This document shows, piece by piece, positions 24,678 through 35,523 of a stretch of DNA of 64,000 nt. Position 1 is the stretch's first letter; every line of letters begins with the position of its first letter. The position numbers and the translations under genes are program-made. The notes beneath the pieces are model-generated. The model was not told where the DNA came from. It saw nothing but the letters and a program-made list of their open reading frames with translations, and did not search any database. This DNA comes from an uncultured Gammaproteobacteria bacterium (GTDB taxonomy: Bacteria; Pseudomonadota; Gammaproteobacteria; GCA-001735895): NCBI GenBank assembly GCA_964651385.1, contig CAZYYM010000006.1, forward strand, positions 1,293 through 65,292. Reading direction: 5' to 3'.

Positions 24678-26822
24678 TCAGGATCCCATTAAATCACGTG
24701 ACGCCAACTTATCGCGATTTACCACCACGGTGCTTTCCATTGAGCCGATGCCCGGCAATTTAAAGCCCGCTACCGATTTTTGCATTGCATTAACCATTTG
24801 CGTAAGTTCGCCAATTGAATTCGATGCCTGAGTTGAACCTGTCGAAGTCTTCTGAGTAATATCCTGTATTACATCCATTGTTCGGGTAATTTTGACACTC
24901 TCGTCGGCCTGCGATTTGGTTGCATCAGAAATTTCCAGGATACGCTGGGCGAGATTCATGGATACCTGCTCAATTCGGTCGAGTGCGCTACCTGCATTCT
25001 CGGTTAGCTTGGCGCCCTTTACCACGTTTGCGGTACTTTGCTCCATAGAAACTGTGGCTTCGTTGGTATCGGCCTGAATGGTTTTTACGAGGGCCTCAAT
25101 TTGTTTGGTTGCATCACCCGTTCGTTCTGCAAGTCGCTGAACCTCGTCTGCAACTACGGCGAAACCACGACCGGCCTCACCCGCCATCGATGCCTGTATG
25201 GCGGCATTTAATGCGAGAATGTTGGTCTGATCCGAGATTTCCGTAATCAAATTAACAATATCACCGATTTCCTGAGACGATTCGCCGAGTCGCTTGATTC
25301 GTTTTGAAGTTTCCTGAATCTGCTCACGAATGGTTTCCATACCGGCGATCGTCTGACGCACTGTCTCGCCCCCTTTGTGTGCAATGCTCACCGACTTCCG
25401 CGCCACTTCGGCCGAGTCGGCCGCTTTTTCCGATACATCAAGCATGGATTGTGAAATCGTTGTAATGGTTTCACTGGCGCCGGTAATCTCTCGTGTTTGC
25501 TCGGTACTGGCCCTGGCAAGCTGGCCGGTCGTGCCCTGGGTATTCTTTACAGCACTACTCACCTGAACAGCAGTTTGATTGATAGTGCCCACCAGATCTC
25601 GCAAAGCGTCGATTGAGTAATTTACGGAATCGGCTATGGCGCCAGTGATATCCTCGGTAACTGTCGTATGTGTTGACAGATCACCATCCGCAAGATTAGT
25701 CATTTCATCAAGTAATCGTAATATCGCGCGCTGATTCTTATCATTCTGATTCTGTAAACCAGATAGACGATCACGCGATTCACTCACCATAGACAATACC
25801 ATCATAATCAGTAATGCCAATGACAGGACGCCAAAACCATAACCAGTGATCGATAAAATCCGAAATTGTCCATCCTGACCCTTAATGCGTTCAATCAAAC
25901 GGCTGGTAGCGGCCAGCAGTGAGGCACTAGATTGCTGGATATTTTCTACCGATTTATGAACCTTTGAATATTTCGCCGAAAAATTCAGGACGACATTTAT
26001 ACTATTATTGGCTACGTCGAACACATCGGCTGATTTGAGCAGGGATCCAACCAGTTTCGTATCGGTAACACGACTGACACCCAATGATGTATTTCCCTTA
26101 AGCAGTGCTAGTAATAATGTCTCAACTTCGCTACTGTCAGAGGCAAGTTGTTCAGCAGCGACCAGAAGCGCCGAACCACCCTCGGTAATTTGATAAAGAC
26201 TTCCCTTGATGCGTTGTATCAAAGCCAACTGCCGCGCAGCAGCAATGATATTGTGGCGCGGCGCATCAACTTTACCCAGGGTATTCATCACCTCTTCGAA
26301 TAGTGCGATCAGCTCGGGTATAGATTCGCTTGCCTGCGTACCTTGCTGCTTTATTTTTGCAACGGTTTCACTCTCATTCAGGATATTACCAATGTCTTTG
26401 TTATAACCGTTCCATACCAATTTTAACTCCGAATACTCGCTGTTATACCTCTCTGGAATTGGTTGTATGTTTCGGAAACTATCACCGGAATCAAGGATGC
26501 GCATTAAATCTAGAAATCGATCACGGCTCGACTTAAGACGACCAAATCCGTCGGCACTATCTTTGACCGCTTCAGCCGCATTAACCGCAATTTGTTGAGA
26601 AACAATCTGTTGCTCGGAAATAATATTAATAAAGGTATCATTAGGATGTGACAAGACGGATGCCGAAATGAATAACGCAGCCATAACAACAATCGACAAA
26701 ATCAGCAATGAACCTAAGTAGACGGCCTTTTTATTAAACGATTTCCCCGACTGCACTACTGCGTCCGATCCTGTCTTATCCCCTCCTGGAAGTAGATTTC
26801 TAATTTTATCTAACAATGCCAT
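24678..26822 (-). CDS. pilJ: PilJ-type methyl-accepting chemotaxis protein
   Basis: Two TM segments, a large periplasmic domain, HAMP, and the MCP signalling hairpin [41 protein letters not shown]. Confidence 0.9.
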   Translation of the reverse strand: MALLDKIRNLLPGGDKTGSDAVVQSGKSFNKKAVYLGSLLILSIVVMAALFISASVLSHPNDTFINIISEQQIVSQQIAVNAAEAVKDSADGFGRLKSSRDRFLDLMRILDSGDSFRNIQPIPERYNSEYSELKLVWNGYNKDIGNILNESETVAKIKQQGTQASESIPELIALFEEVMNTLGKVDAPRHNIIAAARQLALIQRIKGSLYQITEGGSALLVAAEQLASDSSEVETLLLALLKGNTSLGVSRVTDTKLVGSLLKSADVFDVANNSINVVLNFSAKYSKVHKSVENIQQSSASLLAATSRLIERIKGQDGQFRILSITGYGFGVLSLALLIMMVLSMVSESRDRLSGLQNQNDKNQRAILRLLDEMTNLADGDLSTHTTVTEDITGAIADSVNYSIDALRDLVGTINQTAVQVSSAVKNTQGTTGQLARASTEQTREITGASETITTISQSMLDVSEKAADSAEVARKSVSIAHKGGETVRQTIAGMETIREQIQETSKRIKRLGESSQEIGDIVNLITEISDQTNILALNAAIQASMAGEAGRGFAVVADEVQRLAERTGDATKQIEALVKTIQADTNEATVSMEQSTANVVKGAKLTENAGSALDRIEQVSMNLAQRILEISDATKSQADESVKITRTMDVIQDITQKTSTGSTQASNSIGELTQMVNAMQKSVAGFKLPGIGSMESTVVVNRDKLASRDLMGS

Positions 26823-26854
26823 TGGTCTCTCTTTATGACGGCCTTACAGGTCCT

Positions 26855-27388
26855 TTATACAACGCGAATGAACTGGTCGGTTTTTACCAGTTTTTCGACA
26901 CTAACTACGTTCCAACGCTGCACCTGATCGGCGAAAACGCCTGCCAGATAATGACTGACCGCATTTATATTCGGGTCAGATTCTTTGATATACTCTTCCG
27001 GTTTAAAGCGGCGCAAACCATATACCTCCTCGACCAGCAAGCCTGCCGCGACACCGAGTACATTAATAATTAACACTCGGCTTTCCTTCTGTATACGAGT
27101 GGATTGATTAAACAAAAAAGCTTTCATATCAAGTACCGGCATTAAACTACCCCGCACATTAGCCAACCCTTTCACCCAACTTTTAACTCCTGGTACCCGA
27201 ATCGTTTCAGGTGGCGGCAATATCTCTGAAACTTCATCCATCCTGGCAAGCAAAGGGATACCATTAATTTTGAAACCTATACCTATCCAGTCTTCGACGA
27301 CTGTACTATTTACCGGCAAACCACTAGCGTTTTGTCGACAGCGGACATCCAGTGATCGCAGCATTTCAAATGGCGTGGTAATAGCCAT
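26855..27388 (-). CDS. pilI: PilI, CheW-like coupling protein
   Basis: CheW domain, positioned between pilH and pilJ. Confidence 0.8.
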   Translation of the reverse strand: MAITTPFEMLRSLDVRCRQNASGLPVNSTVVEDWIGIGFKINGIPLLARMDEVSEILPPPETIRVPGVKSWVKGLANVRGSLMPVLDMKAFLFNQSTRIQKESRVLIINVLGVAAGLLVEEVYGLRRFKPEEYIKESDPNINAVSHYLAGVFADQVQRWNVVSVEKLVKTDQFIRVV

Positions 27389-27391
27389 TTA

Positions 27392-27757
27392 CTACTCTTC
27401 CAGCGCCTTATGAATTCTGTCAATCAAATCCTGCTCATTAGCAGGCTTGACAATGTAATCGCGCGCGCCCTGCCGCATACCCCAGATCTTGTCGGTTTCC
27501 TGATCTTTAGTGGTAATAATTATGACTGGAATCGATGATGTTTGCGGGTTGCGGCTCAGGTCACGGGTTGCCTGAAAGCCATTTTTACCCGGCATTACCA
27601 CGTCCATTAGAATCAGGTCCGGACTGATTTTAGCAGCCAAAGCGATACCTTCTTCGCCATTGGTAGCAACCGAGACCTGGATTTTATGTTTTTCCAAAAT
27701 TGACTTGAAGACATGAACTTCCGTTGGTGAGTCATCAATGATCAGAATATGTAGCAT
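27392..27757 (-). CDS. pilH: PilH single-domain response regulator
   Basis: ILIIDDSPTE...LILMDVVMPGKNGF...KP receiver signature; 121 aa. Confidence 0.9.
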   Translation of the reverse strand: MLHILIIDDSPTEVHVFKSILEKHKIQVSVATNGEEGIALAAKISPDLILMDVVMPGKNGFQATRDLSRNPQTSSIPVIIITTKDQETDKIWGMRQGARDYIVKPANEQDLIDRIHKALEE

Positions 27758-27795
27758 AAGTTAATTACCTCAAATATTACCGGTAGAGCTTGTGG

Positions 27796-28215
27796 CTAAG
27801 CCCTACCTACATGTGAAGTGATAGCCTGGATTAAATCTTCCTTAGAGAACGGCTTGGTTAAATATTCTTCTGAACCAACAATTCGTCCACGCGCCCGATC
27901 AAAAATACTGTCCTTGCTTGACAGCATAATGACTGGAATCGCCTTGAATATCTGATTATTTTTGATTAGCGCGCAGGTTTGATAGCCATCAAGCCTCGGC
28001 ATCATGATGTCAACAAATATGATATCGGGTTTATGCATGGTAATTTTTGCCAGTGCTTCGAATCCATCAACCGCAGTCACAACTTCGCAACCGACTTTTT
28101 TCAATAAAGTTTCGGCGCTTCGTCGAATCGTTTTACTATCGTCGATAACCATAACCTTAACACTTAAGGCACTCAGGTCGGCGGTGCCTTCTGCTTGCAA
28201 AGACTCTTCGTTCAC
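27796..28215 (-). CDS. pilG: PilG single-domain response regulator
   Basis: VMVIDDSKTIRRSAETLLKKVGCEVVTAVDGFEALAKI...IFVDIMMPRLDGYQTCALIKNN is nearly identical to P. aeruginosa PilG as I recall it. GTG start at 28215 preceded by GGGGGA. Confidence 0.9.
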   Translation of the reverse strand: MNEESLQAEGTADLSALSVKVMVIDDSKTIRRSAETLLKKVGCEVVTAVDGFEALAKITMHKPDIIFVDIMMPRLDGYQTCALIKNNQIFKAIPVIMLSSKDSIFDRARGRIVGSEEYLTKPFSKEDLIQAITSHVGRA

Positions 28216-28581
28216 ATATCCCCCAAAGGGTTGAAGGTTGCTTCAGAGCAACTCGATCTTGAATAGATTATATGTATTTTTTCATGTAAAACCATTAATT
28301 TATTTAAACTAGCTGATGTAATTTCTATCATTCTATCTTATTCCTGACAGGCAAAATTTATCCCTTTGAAATGACCAGATCGAGTTATCGGATTGGTAAT
28401 ATATAGCACAAATTTTTATCGTAATCTGGATTCAGTTGGCTTCAGCCATTGCATCGGCAACATATAATTCGGCAGAAAAATTCAGTAGAATCGGCCCTCA
28501 CTCAAATTCGTTAAATTTATGTACAATCAATTTCTCACCATCAGCACCACCCTTTCACTTATTACCTGAAGGCGCTAATTT

Positions 28582-29535
28582 ATGAGCAAACGCAAACTTG
28601 GCATCATCATGGACCCGATCGAATCTATCAAACCCTGGAAGGATTCCAGTTTCGCGATGATGTTAGAGGGACAAAGTCGTAGTTGGGATATCTACTATAT
28701 GCAAATCAATGACATCTACATGGATAGCAGTGCCAGTCATGCGCGTTACCGGACGATAAAACTGACCGATAACAACCATCACTGGTATGACGTAATCGAT
28801 TCAGGGCATTGTCGTCTAGATTCGCTGGATATCATAATTATGCGCAAGGACCCCCCTTTCGATCTGGAATATATTTACTGCACTTATCTCCTTCAACAGG
28901 CAGAAGAAGCAGGCGTGATGGTGGTCAATAAACCAGCCAGTTTACGCGACTGCAATGAGAAATTATTTACCCGGTATTTCCCGCAATGCTGTGTCGAAAC
29001 ACGCGTTAGCCGAAGTACCGATTTACTGATTGATTTCATAACTCAACACCAGGATTGTATTGTCAAACCGCTGGACGGTATGGGCGGCCAATCAATATTC
29101 AGAGTTAAATCTGGAGACAGTAATACCAACGTGATACTCGAAACTGTGACCCGCCAGGGTAGCTCACAAACTATGGTGCAGCGCTATATCCCAGAAATCT
29201 CCGAAGGTGACAAACGTATTTTGCTGATCGATGGCGTACCGGTGCCTTACGCTTTAGCCCGTTTACCCGCAGCAGGTGAAAATCGCGGCAATATTGCCGC
29301 CGGCGCAAGCACCCGAGGACAACCGCTTAGTGAGCGTGATCGATGGCTTTGCGACCAGGTTGGAACCGATTTACGCAAGCGTGGTTTGCTATTTGTTGGC
29401 ATTGATGTCATCGGTGATTACATTACTGAAATCAACGTCACCAGCCCGACCTGCATTCGCGAACTCGATAGCGAATTTAACCTCAATATCAGTGCTGACC
29501 TGTTCAATTGCCTAGAACACTACCTCGCTGCCTGA
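28582..29535 (+). CDS. gshB: Glutathione synthetase (ATP-grasp)
   Basis: N-terminus KLGIIMDPIESIKPWKDSSFAMMLE and a C-terminal ATP-grasp region ending EINVTSPT. Confidence 0.9.
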   Translation: MSKRKLGIIMDPIESIKPWKDSSFAMMLEGQSRSWDIYYMQINDIYMDSSASHARYRTIKLTDNNHHWYDVIDSGHCRLDSLDIIIMRKDPPFDLEYIYCTYLLQQAEEAGVMVVNKPASLRDCNEKLFTRYFPQCCVETRVSRSTDLLIDFITQHQDCIVKPLDGMGGQSIFRVKSGDSNTNVILETVTRQGSSQTMVQRYIPEISEGDKRILLIDGVPVPYALARLPAAGENRGNIAAGASTRGQPLSERDRWLCDQVGTDLRKRGLLFVGIDVIGDYITEINVTSPTCIRELDSEFNLNISADLFNCLEHYLAA

Positions 29536-30533
29536 ACCTATTGGCTTGTAGCTGTTTGGTATGGCTGTCAGCCTGCGAACCTCGCCAGCAATTGTTCGAA
29601 CAGCGTATTCTGCAATTCGGTACTGTTATCGACATCACCATTATCCACTCCGATGTTACCGAAACCGAACGGGCATTGGCGGACGTTGAAAAACAATTGC
29701 AACTATACCAAAGCTATTGGCACGCATGGGAAGACAGCGATTTGTATCGATTCAACCAGGCATTAAACCAGTCAAAACTAACACCAGTTCCGGAATCGCT
29801 ACGTGAGCTGATTTCACTGAGTCAGGATTATTACCGATCATCCCAGCAATTATTCAATCCGGCACTGGGAAAATTAATCGCCGCTTACGGCTTTCATGGT
29901 AATAATAGTGCCGATGAAGCTCTCGTTTCCGCAATACGAAAAGACCTTCCTACCATACAAGATCTGAAAATCGAAAACCAGTTAGCTAGAAGCACTAACC
30001 CGAATTTGCAACTGGATTTCGGCGGCATAGCCAAAGGTTATGCCATGGCCAAAATCGCTGCACATTTAAAATCTGCCGGTTTTAAACACTTCTTGATTAA
30101 CGCCGGCGGCGATGTATTGGTAGCCGGAGAACGTTTCGGAAAACCCTGGACCATAGCGGTGCAAAATCCGTTTGCACCCGGCGCCATCGCCAGCATCCAG
30201 CTCAGTGGAGACCATCAAATATTTACTTCCGGTAATTACCGGCGTTTTTACAGAAAAAATGGCAGGATTGTGCATCACATCATCGATCCTCGCAGTGGAA
30301 AGCCATCTGACAGGATCAGTTCTGCAACTGTATTGGCGACGGACGCAGTGCTCGCCGATGTCGCAGCAACCACTCTGATGATAGATGGTTGGCAGAATCA
30401 CCAATTACTAGCCAACTCGCTCGGTGTACAAGACTATTTAATTATTAATGATGATAGGGAAATTATCGTGTCTCGCGCTATGTCAGACAAAATAGAATTT
30501 CTAACTGATACGATGAGCATTCTTGTCTACTAG
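29508..30533 (+). CDS. apbE: FAD:protein FMN transferase (ApbE family lipoprotein)
   Basis: Lipobox LSAC (Cys codon 29574). ApbE motifs DFGGIAKGYA and HHIIDPRSG. The start is uncertain: TTG at 29508, or CTG/TTG at 29532/29541. Confidence 0.8.
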   Translation: MPRTLPRCLNLLACSCLVWLSACEPRQQLFEQRILQFGTVIDITIIHSDVTETERALADVEKQLQLYQSYWHAWEDSDLYRFNQALNQSKLTPVPESLRELISLSQDYYRSSQQLFNPALGKLIAAYGFHGNNSADEALVSAIRKDLPTIQDLKIENQLARSTNPNLQLDFGGIAKGYAMAKIAAHLKSAGFKHFLINAGGDVLVAGERFGKPWTIAVQNPFAPGAIASIQLSGDHQIFTSGNYRRFYRKNGRIVHHIIDPRSGKPSDRISSATVLATDAVLADVAATTLMIDGWQNHQLLANSLGVQDYLIINDDREIIVSRAMSDKIEFLTDTMSILVY

Positions 30534-30614
30534 GTCAGTAAGACTCGCTTTATTAAGTCTTCTCCCATCGATTGCTGGTTTAGCGGCCACATTCTTGGCA
30601 GAATAGCCTACCCG

Positions 30615-31511
30615 ATGGTAAGACAACTACCCACAGAATATCACCCTGGAATCAACGCCAGCGACCGCTTGGGTTTTACGCTTTTTCTGGCACTAACCAT
30701 ACACGCTATCATCGTGCTCGGCATCGGTTTTACCCAGACAAATTTGCCCGACTCTAACGCTTTGCCCAGCCTCGATATCATTCTTGCCAATTCACGTAGC
30801 CTGGAACCGGTGGAAAACCCGGATTTTCTCGCGCAAGTCGATCAATCCGGTGGAGGCGAGTCAGACCAGAAAGCGCGTCCAAGTGCACCAGTGTCAGCTA
30901 ACACACCGCTAAATCAACGTGGCTTGGCAGATCAGGCCCGAACCAAATTACAGAGGAGTCAACTACAGATCGACCAACTTTATTTCGTCAGTCAGCCGGA
31001 ATCGCAGACGCAGATAGACTTGCAAAAGGAAAAACCCGAAAAAAAATCCAAATCCAAACAGACCAATAAATCCGAGCAACGCCAAAGCCAGATAGCAAAA
31101 CTGCAGGCTGAAATTAGACAGATGACCATCGATTACGCAAAAAGACCCAGGGTGGTGGTGCTGACCGCAAGCACCAAAAAGGCGGTAGAGGCCGGCTACC
31201 TCGCTGCCTGGGTACAAAAAATCGAAAACACCGGTAACCTGAATTATCCGGCCGAAGCCCGTGTCAAAAGAATCGGCGGAAAATTACGCATGAGCGTGCG
31301 ATTAAATTCAGCAGGCAACATACTTGAATACGAAATAACCCATTCTTCGGGCAGTAGTTTGCTCGATGAAGCCGCGAAACGTATCCTCCGGCTAGCCGAG
31401 CCATTTCCTCCTTTTCCTGAAGAAATGAAGGAACGTGCCGATCATGTTGTTATAATCCGAACATGGGATTTTAAGAGCAATAAATTCAGAACTGACAATG
31501 GAGTTAGTTAA
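30615..31511 (+). CDS. TonB-family energy transducer (TonB3-like by position)
   Basis: N-terminal TM anchor, a charged Q/K-rich linker, and a TonB C-terminal domain (YPAEARVKRIGGKLRMSVRLNSAGNI...SSGSSLLDEAA). Confidence 0.6.
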   Translation: MVRQLPTEYHPGINASDRLGFTLFLALTIHAIIVLGIGFTQTNLPDSNALPSLDIILANSRSLEPVENPDFLAQVDQSGGGESDQKARPSAPVSANTPLNQRGLADQARTKLQRSQLQIDQLYFVSQPESQTQIDLQKEKPEKKSKSKQTNKSEQRQSQIAKLQAEIRQMTIDYAKRPRVVVLTASTKKAVEAGYLAAWVQKIENTGNLNYPAEARVKRIGGKLRMSVRLNSAGNILEYEITHSSGSSLLDEAAKRILRLAEPFPPFPEEMKERADHVVIIRTWDFKSNKFRTDNGVS

Positions 31512-32080
31512 TGATGCCTGAGGAAAATGACAGCCTTGTCAATAAATGTCTGATTGCCACCCCGGCAATCAAAGACCACTTGTTCGCGTCAAGCCTGGTG
31601 TATATGTGCGAGCACAACAAAAACGGCAGTATGGGGCTGGTTATCAACCACCCGACGGGGCAAAATCTTGACGAAATTTTCGGACAGCTTGATATCGAAT
31701 GTGACGACGATAACATACGCAAACAACCCGTTTATATCGGAGGACCGGTACAGCTTGAACAGGGTTTTATTTTACATAGTGAGTCCGGCGACTGGCAAAA
31801 AAGCATTGAAGTGTCTTCGGGTATTCATTTAACCAGCTCTATCGATATTCTGCATGCGATCGCAACCGCTAAAGGCCCTAGTGAATATCTGGTGATGCTT
31901 GGTTTTTCAGGCTGGTCTTCCGGTCAACTCGAATCCGAATTGCAAGATAACTCCTGGCTAACCGCATCGGCCAATGCCGATTTGCTATTCCACCAAAGTG
32001 CCGACGATAAATGGCAGGTCGCGTTCGATACCCTCGGATTCGATATTAGCATGCTGTCACCTGTCAGTGGCAATGCCTGA
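31511..32080 (+). CDS. algH: YqgE/AlgH family protein (UPF0301)
   Basis: LIATPAIKDHLFASSLVYMCEHNKNGSMGLVIN is the family N-terminal signature. Confidence 0.85.
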   Translation: MMPEENDSLVNKCLIATPAIKDHLFASSLVYMCEHNKNGSMGLVINHPTGQNLDEIFGQLDIECDDDNIRKQPVYIGGPVQLEQGFILHSESGDWQKSIEVSSGIHLTSSIDILHAIATAKGPSEYLVMLGFSGWSSGQLESELQDNSWLTASANADLLFHQSADDKWQVAFDTLGFDISMLSPVSGNA

Positions 32081-32498
32081 AAATAATGTTAGTACGGTAC
32101 TCGGTTTCGATTTTGGTAGCGTTTGGACTGGCGTCGCGGTTGGTCAGACTATTACCCTACAGGCAAACCCGCTCAAAGCGATAAAATCGAAAAATAATAA
32201 GCCGGACTGGAAAACCATCGAGTCGCTAATTCGGATCTGGCAACCACAAAAACTAATTGTTGGCCTGCCAACCAGCTTTGATGGTTCGGCTGACGAGATG
32301 ACAGAATTCACCAAAAAATTCAGTCGTCAGTTGCAAGGAAGATTCTTTATTGATACCGAACTGGTCGATGAGCGACTGACTACCCGCGAAGCATATGAAA
32401 TTGCCATTGAAAGCGGTAAATTTAAAAGCAAACCGGAAATTGACAGTATTTCAGCCGTTTTAATTACGGAGTCGTGGCTGCGTGATTATGTTCCGTAA
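32073..32498 (+). CDS. ruvX: Holliday junction resolvase-like nuclease RuvX (YqgF)
   Basis: VLGFDFGSVWTGVAVG motif. The ATG at 32073 overlaps the algH stop (ATGCCTGA); the maximal ORF starts at 31974. Confidence 0.9.
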   Translation: MPENNVSTVLGFDFGSVWTGVAVGQTITLQANPLKAIKSKNNKPDWKTIESLIRIWQPQKLIVGLPTSFDGSADEMTEFTKKFSRQLQGRFFIDTELVDERLTTREAYEIAIESGKFKSKPEIDSISAVLITESWLRDYVP

Positions 32499-32589
32499 AA
32501 TTAACTCCTAGCATCTATTTCCGCCCAAAATATCGTATGGATCATTAATTTATGGTATAAAGCGTGCCCACAACAACCTGGGAAATTTT

Positions 32590-33111
32590 GTGCCGCTACC
32601 AACCGTCGAAGCCCTAATCGATAAGCTCACTCTGGCAATAAAGCCTTATTTCCCCCCCGGTCAGCCAGCCTCAGAACAACCCATTGTCGTCGGTATCGAA
32701 ACCGGGGGTTACTGGATCGCAAAAAACATTCATCAGTCAATTGCACCCGAAACCGAACTCGGTCGCCTGAACATTTCTTTTTATCGTGATGATTTCAGCA
32801 AAAACGGGTTACAGCCAACCGTTAAACCCTCGAGTCTACCAACTGATATAGACAATAAAACCATCATCCTGATCGACGATGTACTCTATTCAGGTCGCAC
32901 TATCCGTGCCGCGATGAATGAAATTTTCGACTATGGTCGGCCGCATTGTATATTGCTCGCGATAATGATCGACCGGGGTGAACGCGAGATTCCGATTCAG
33001 GCGGATATTGTCGCCGACACCATTGAACTGAAACCCGGTGAACACATTAAACTGGAAGGTCCGCAACCTCTGACCCTATCAATTAAAAAAAACACAGATT
33101 ATGTTGGCTGA
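32590..33111 (+). CDS. pyrR: PyrR bifunctional pyrimidine regulatory protein / uracil phosphoribosyltransferase
   Basis: PRPP-binding motif [17 protein letters not shown]; GTG start. Confidence 0.85.
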   Translation: MPLPTVEALIDKLTLAIKPYFPPGQPASEQPIVVGIETGGYWIAKNIHQSIAPETELGRLNISFYRDDFSKNGLQPTVKPSSLPTDIDNKTIILIDDVLYSGRTIRAAMNEIFDYGRPHCILLAIMIDRGEREIPIQADIVADTIELKPGEHIKLEGPQPLTLSIKKNTDYVG

Positions 33112-34081
33112 CAATATCCAGCTCGACGATAACGGTAAGCTCCTGCATTTTCTCAGCATCGAAGGATTGAATCAGGCGATCCTTACTGAAATTCTCGATA
33201 CCGCCGAATCCTTCACTTCGATTACCGACCGCCAGGTCAAGAAGGTACCAATGCTGCGCGGTAAAACCGTCGCTAATCTTTTCTTTGAACCCAGTACCCG
33301 TACCCGTTCGACTTTCGAACTGGCAGAACAACGTCTATCAGCCGATATCCTCAGTCTGAATGTCAGCACTTCGGCAACTACCAAAGGCGAGTCATTGCTC
33401 GACACATTGCAAAATCTTGAAGCGATGCAAATCGACATGTTCGTGATTCGCCATCAGGATAGCGGAAGCGCGTACTTTTTTGCGCAACACGTCAGCCCGG
33501 GTGTCAGCGTACTTAACGCCGGTGATGGTCAACACGAGCACCCTACACAAGCCATGCTCGATATGTTTACGATTCGCCACTTCAAAAAAGATTTCAGGCA
33601 ATTGCGCGTGGCCATTGTCGGCGATATATTGCATTCTCGGGTCGCTCGTTCTCAGATCCATGCTTTAAATATTCTCAATACGGCTGAAGTACGTGTCATC
33701 GCACCGCGGACACTTATTCCGATCGATACGGAATCCCTCGGCGTTCAAGTTTACAACAACTTGGAAAAGGGCCTCGAGGGCGTCGATGTCATTATCATGC
33801 TGCGCTTACAAAAAGAGCGCATGCGTGGAGCTCTGCTACCGAGTGAAAAGGAGTACTTCCGTCTTTACGGTTTATCCGGGGAGCGCCTGGCCATTGCCAA
33901 ATCCGACGCCATAGTCATGCACCCTGGCCCGGCCAATCGAGGTGTTGAAATTGAATCCAGCGTTATGGACGGCAGTCAATCTGTAATCCTCAATCAGGTG
34001 ACATTTGGTATATCGGTGCGCATGGCGGTGATGTCGATGATTGTCGGTCAATCACGTCGCGCAGAGGGTATCGGGGAATGA
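33101..34081 (+). CDS. pyrB: Aspartate carbamoyltransferase catalytic chain
   Basis: [13 protein letters not shown], the HPTQA motif and [11 protein letters not shown]. Confidence 0.95.
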   Translation: MLADNIQLDDNGKLLHFLSIEGLNQAILTEILDTAESFTSITDRQVKKVPMLRGKTVANLFFEPSTRTRSTFELAEQRLSADILSLNVSTSATTKGESLLDTLQNLEAMQIDMFVIRHQDSGSAYFFAQHVSPGVSVLNAGDGQHEHPTQAMLDMFTIRHFKKDFRQLRVAIVGDILHSRVARSQIHALNILNTAEVRVIAPRTLIPIDTESLGVQVYNNLEKGLEGVDVIIMLRLQKERMRGALLPSEKEYFRLYGLSGERLAIAKSDAIVMHPGPANRGVEIESSVMDGSQSVILNQVTFGISVRMAVMSMIVGQSRRAEGIGE

Positions 34082-35355
34082 ACCTGCGTATCAGTCAGGG
34101 CTTACTGGTTGATCCGATTGCCGGAAAAACAATCAAATCGGATATTTATATCGAGAATGATATTGTTGTAGGTATCGGTAATGCCCCAACAGCATTTGCG
34201 GCCGATCAGACGATAGCTGCACAGGGTTATTGGGTCATTCCCGGCCTGGTCGATTGTCAAGCACGTTTACGCGACCCGGGACAGCCGCAAAAAGCCAATA
34301 TTAACAGTGAAACCTCTGCGGCCATTCAGAACGGCATTACCAGCCTCTGTCTGCCGCCCGATACACAACCGGTAATCGACAATTCTGCAACGGTAGAATT
34401 GATTCATCACCGCAATGAAACCTTTGGACATGGCGCTCGCGTCTATCCAATCGGTGCGCTGACTCGCGAACTTGGCGGTGAGCATTTAAGTAACATGGTG
34501 AGCTTAAAAGGTAATGGCTGTATCGCATTCAGTAATGCGACGCGACCCTTGCTGAATAATCTGGTTCAACGACGTGCTATGGACTATGCTGCCGGCGAGG
34601 ATATGCTGGTTGTCATTCAGCCGATAGACTTCGATTTGCTTGGTAATGGTTGTGCGCACGAAGGTGAGATTGCAACACGTCTGGGACTACCCGCGATTCC
34701 CGAAGCAGCTGAAACAGCGGCACTTGCCAAAGACATAGAACTGGTTGCACAAACTGGCGCTCGCACCCATTTCGGACAGTTATCCTGCGCGCGCTCTATT
34801 GACATGATCCGCCGAGCAAAAGCCAATGGACTGCCTATAAGCGCCGATTGTACAATGCATCAGTTGTTTTTAACCGATCACGATACCGGGCATTTTGATA
34901 GCAACAAGCTGACATTTCCACCTCTGCGCAGTCGCTATGATAGGGATGCTTTACGCGAAGGCGTTGCCGACGGGACCATCGACTGTATCTGTTCCGACCA
35001 TCAGCCACATGAAACCGATGCCAAACTACGCCCTTTCCCGTCAGCAGAAGCGGGCGTTAGTGCACTCGATACACTGCTATTATTGGCTTTAAGACTGGTA
35101 GAGGAAAAGCTGATGAGCCTGCCGGAGGTTATATCGCGCCTAAGCTACAATCCGGCAAGTATTTTCAGATTACCCGCCGGTCAGATAACCGAAGGAGAAC
35201 AGGCAGATATCGTTATAATTGATCCAGAGCCGCATAGAATCTGTCATGGACGGAACTTCGTTTCACAGGGTAAAAACACGGCTTTTGAAGGTTGGGATTT
35301 TAATGGCGAAGTAGTGACCACTATCATAGCCGGTAACATCCTCTATCAGCGCTAA
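34078..35355 (+). CDS. Dihydroorotase-like protein, probably the non-catalytic ATCase partner (PyrC-prime)
   Basis: Amidohydrolase fold, but the N-terminal metal-binding HxH position reads DCQAR (34252..34266). The start overlaps the pyrB stop, as in Pseudomonas pyrB-pyrC-prime. Confidence 0.8.
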   Translation: MNLRISQGLLVDPIAGKTIKSDIYIENDIVVGIGNAPTAFAADQTIAAQGYWVIPGLVDCQARLRDPGQPQKANINSETSAAIQNGITSLCLPPDTQPVIDNSATVELIHHRNETFGHGARVYPIGALTRELGGEHLSNMVSLKGNGCIAFSNATRPLLNNLVQRRAMDYAAGEDMLVVIQPIDFDLLGNGCAHEGEIATRLGLPAIPEAAETAALAKDIELVAQTGARTHFGQLSCARSIDMIRRAKANGLPISADCTMHQLFLTDHDTGHFDSNKLTFPPLRSRYDRDALREGVADGTIDCICSDHQPHETDAKLRPFPSAEAGVSALDTLLLLALRLVEEKLMSLPEVISRLSYNPASIFRLPAGQITEGEQADIVIIDPEPHRICHGRNFVSQGKNTAFEGWDFNGEVVTTIIAGNILYQR

Positions 35356-35523
35356 GTTAAGCCGGATGATCCAGGGAACTCTGATTAAATCAGGATTTCC
35401 TACACTACAAGGATGTGCCGCCATATCCGATCACTTTAACTGTTCGATTATGTGAAAAAGTAAAAACCAGGTTTATTACATATTGTCATCTGAGAATTCA
35501 TGGATGGATTATTCAGATTTTCC

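Noticed and set aside
35375-35400. Imperfect hairpin GGAACTCTGATTAAATCAGGATTTCC between the convergent pyrC-prime and pilU-like genes, considered as a bidirectional terminator
   Set aside because: The stem is AT-rich with a bulge, and there is no U-tract on either strand. That is not enough to call an intrinsic terminator.
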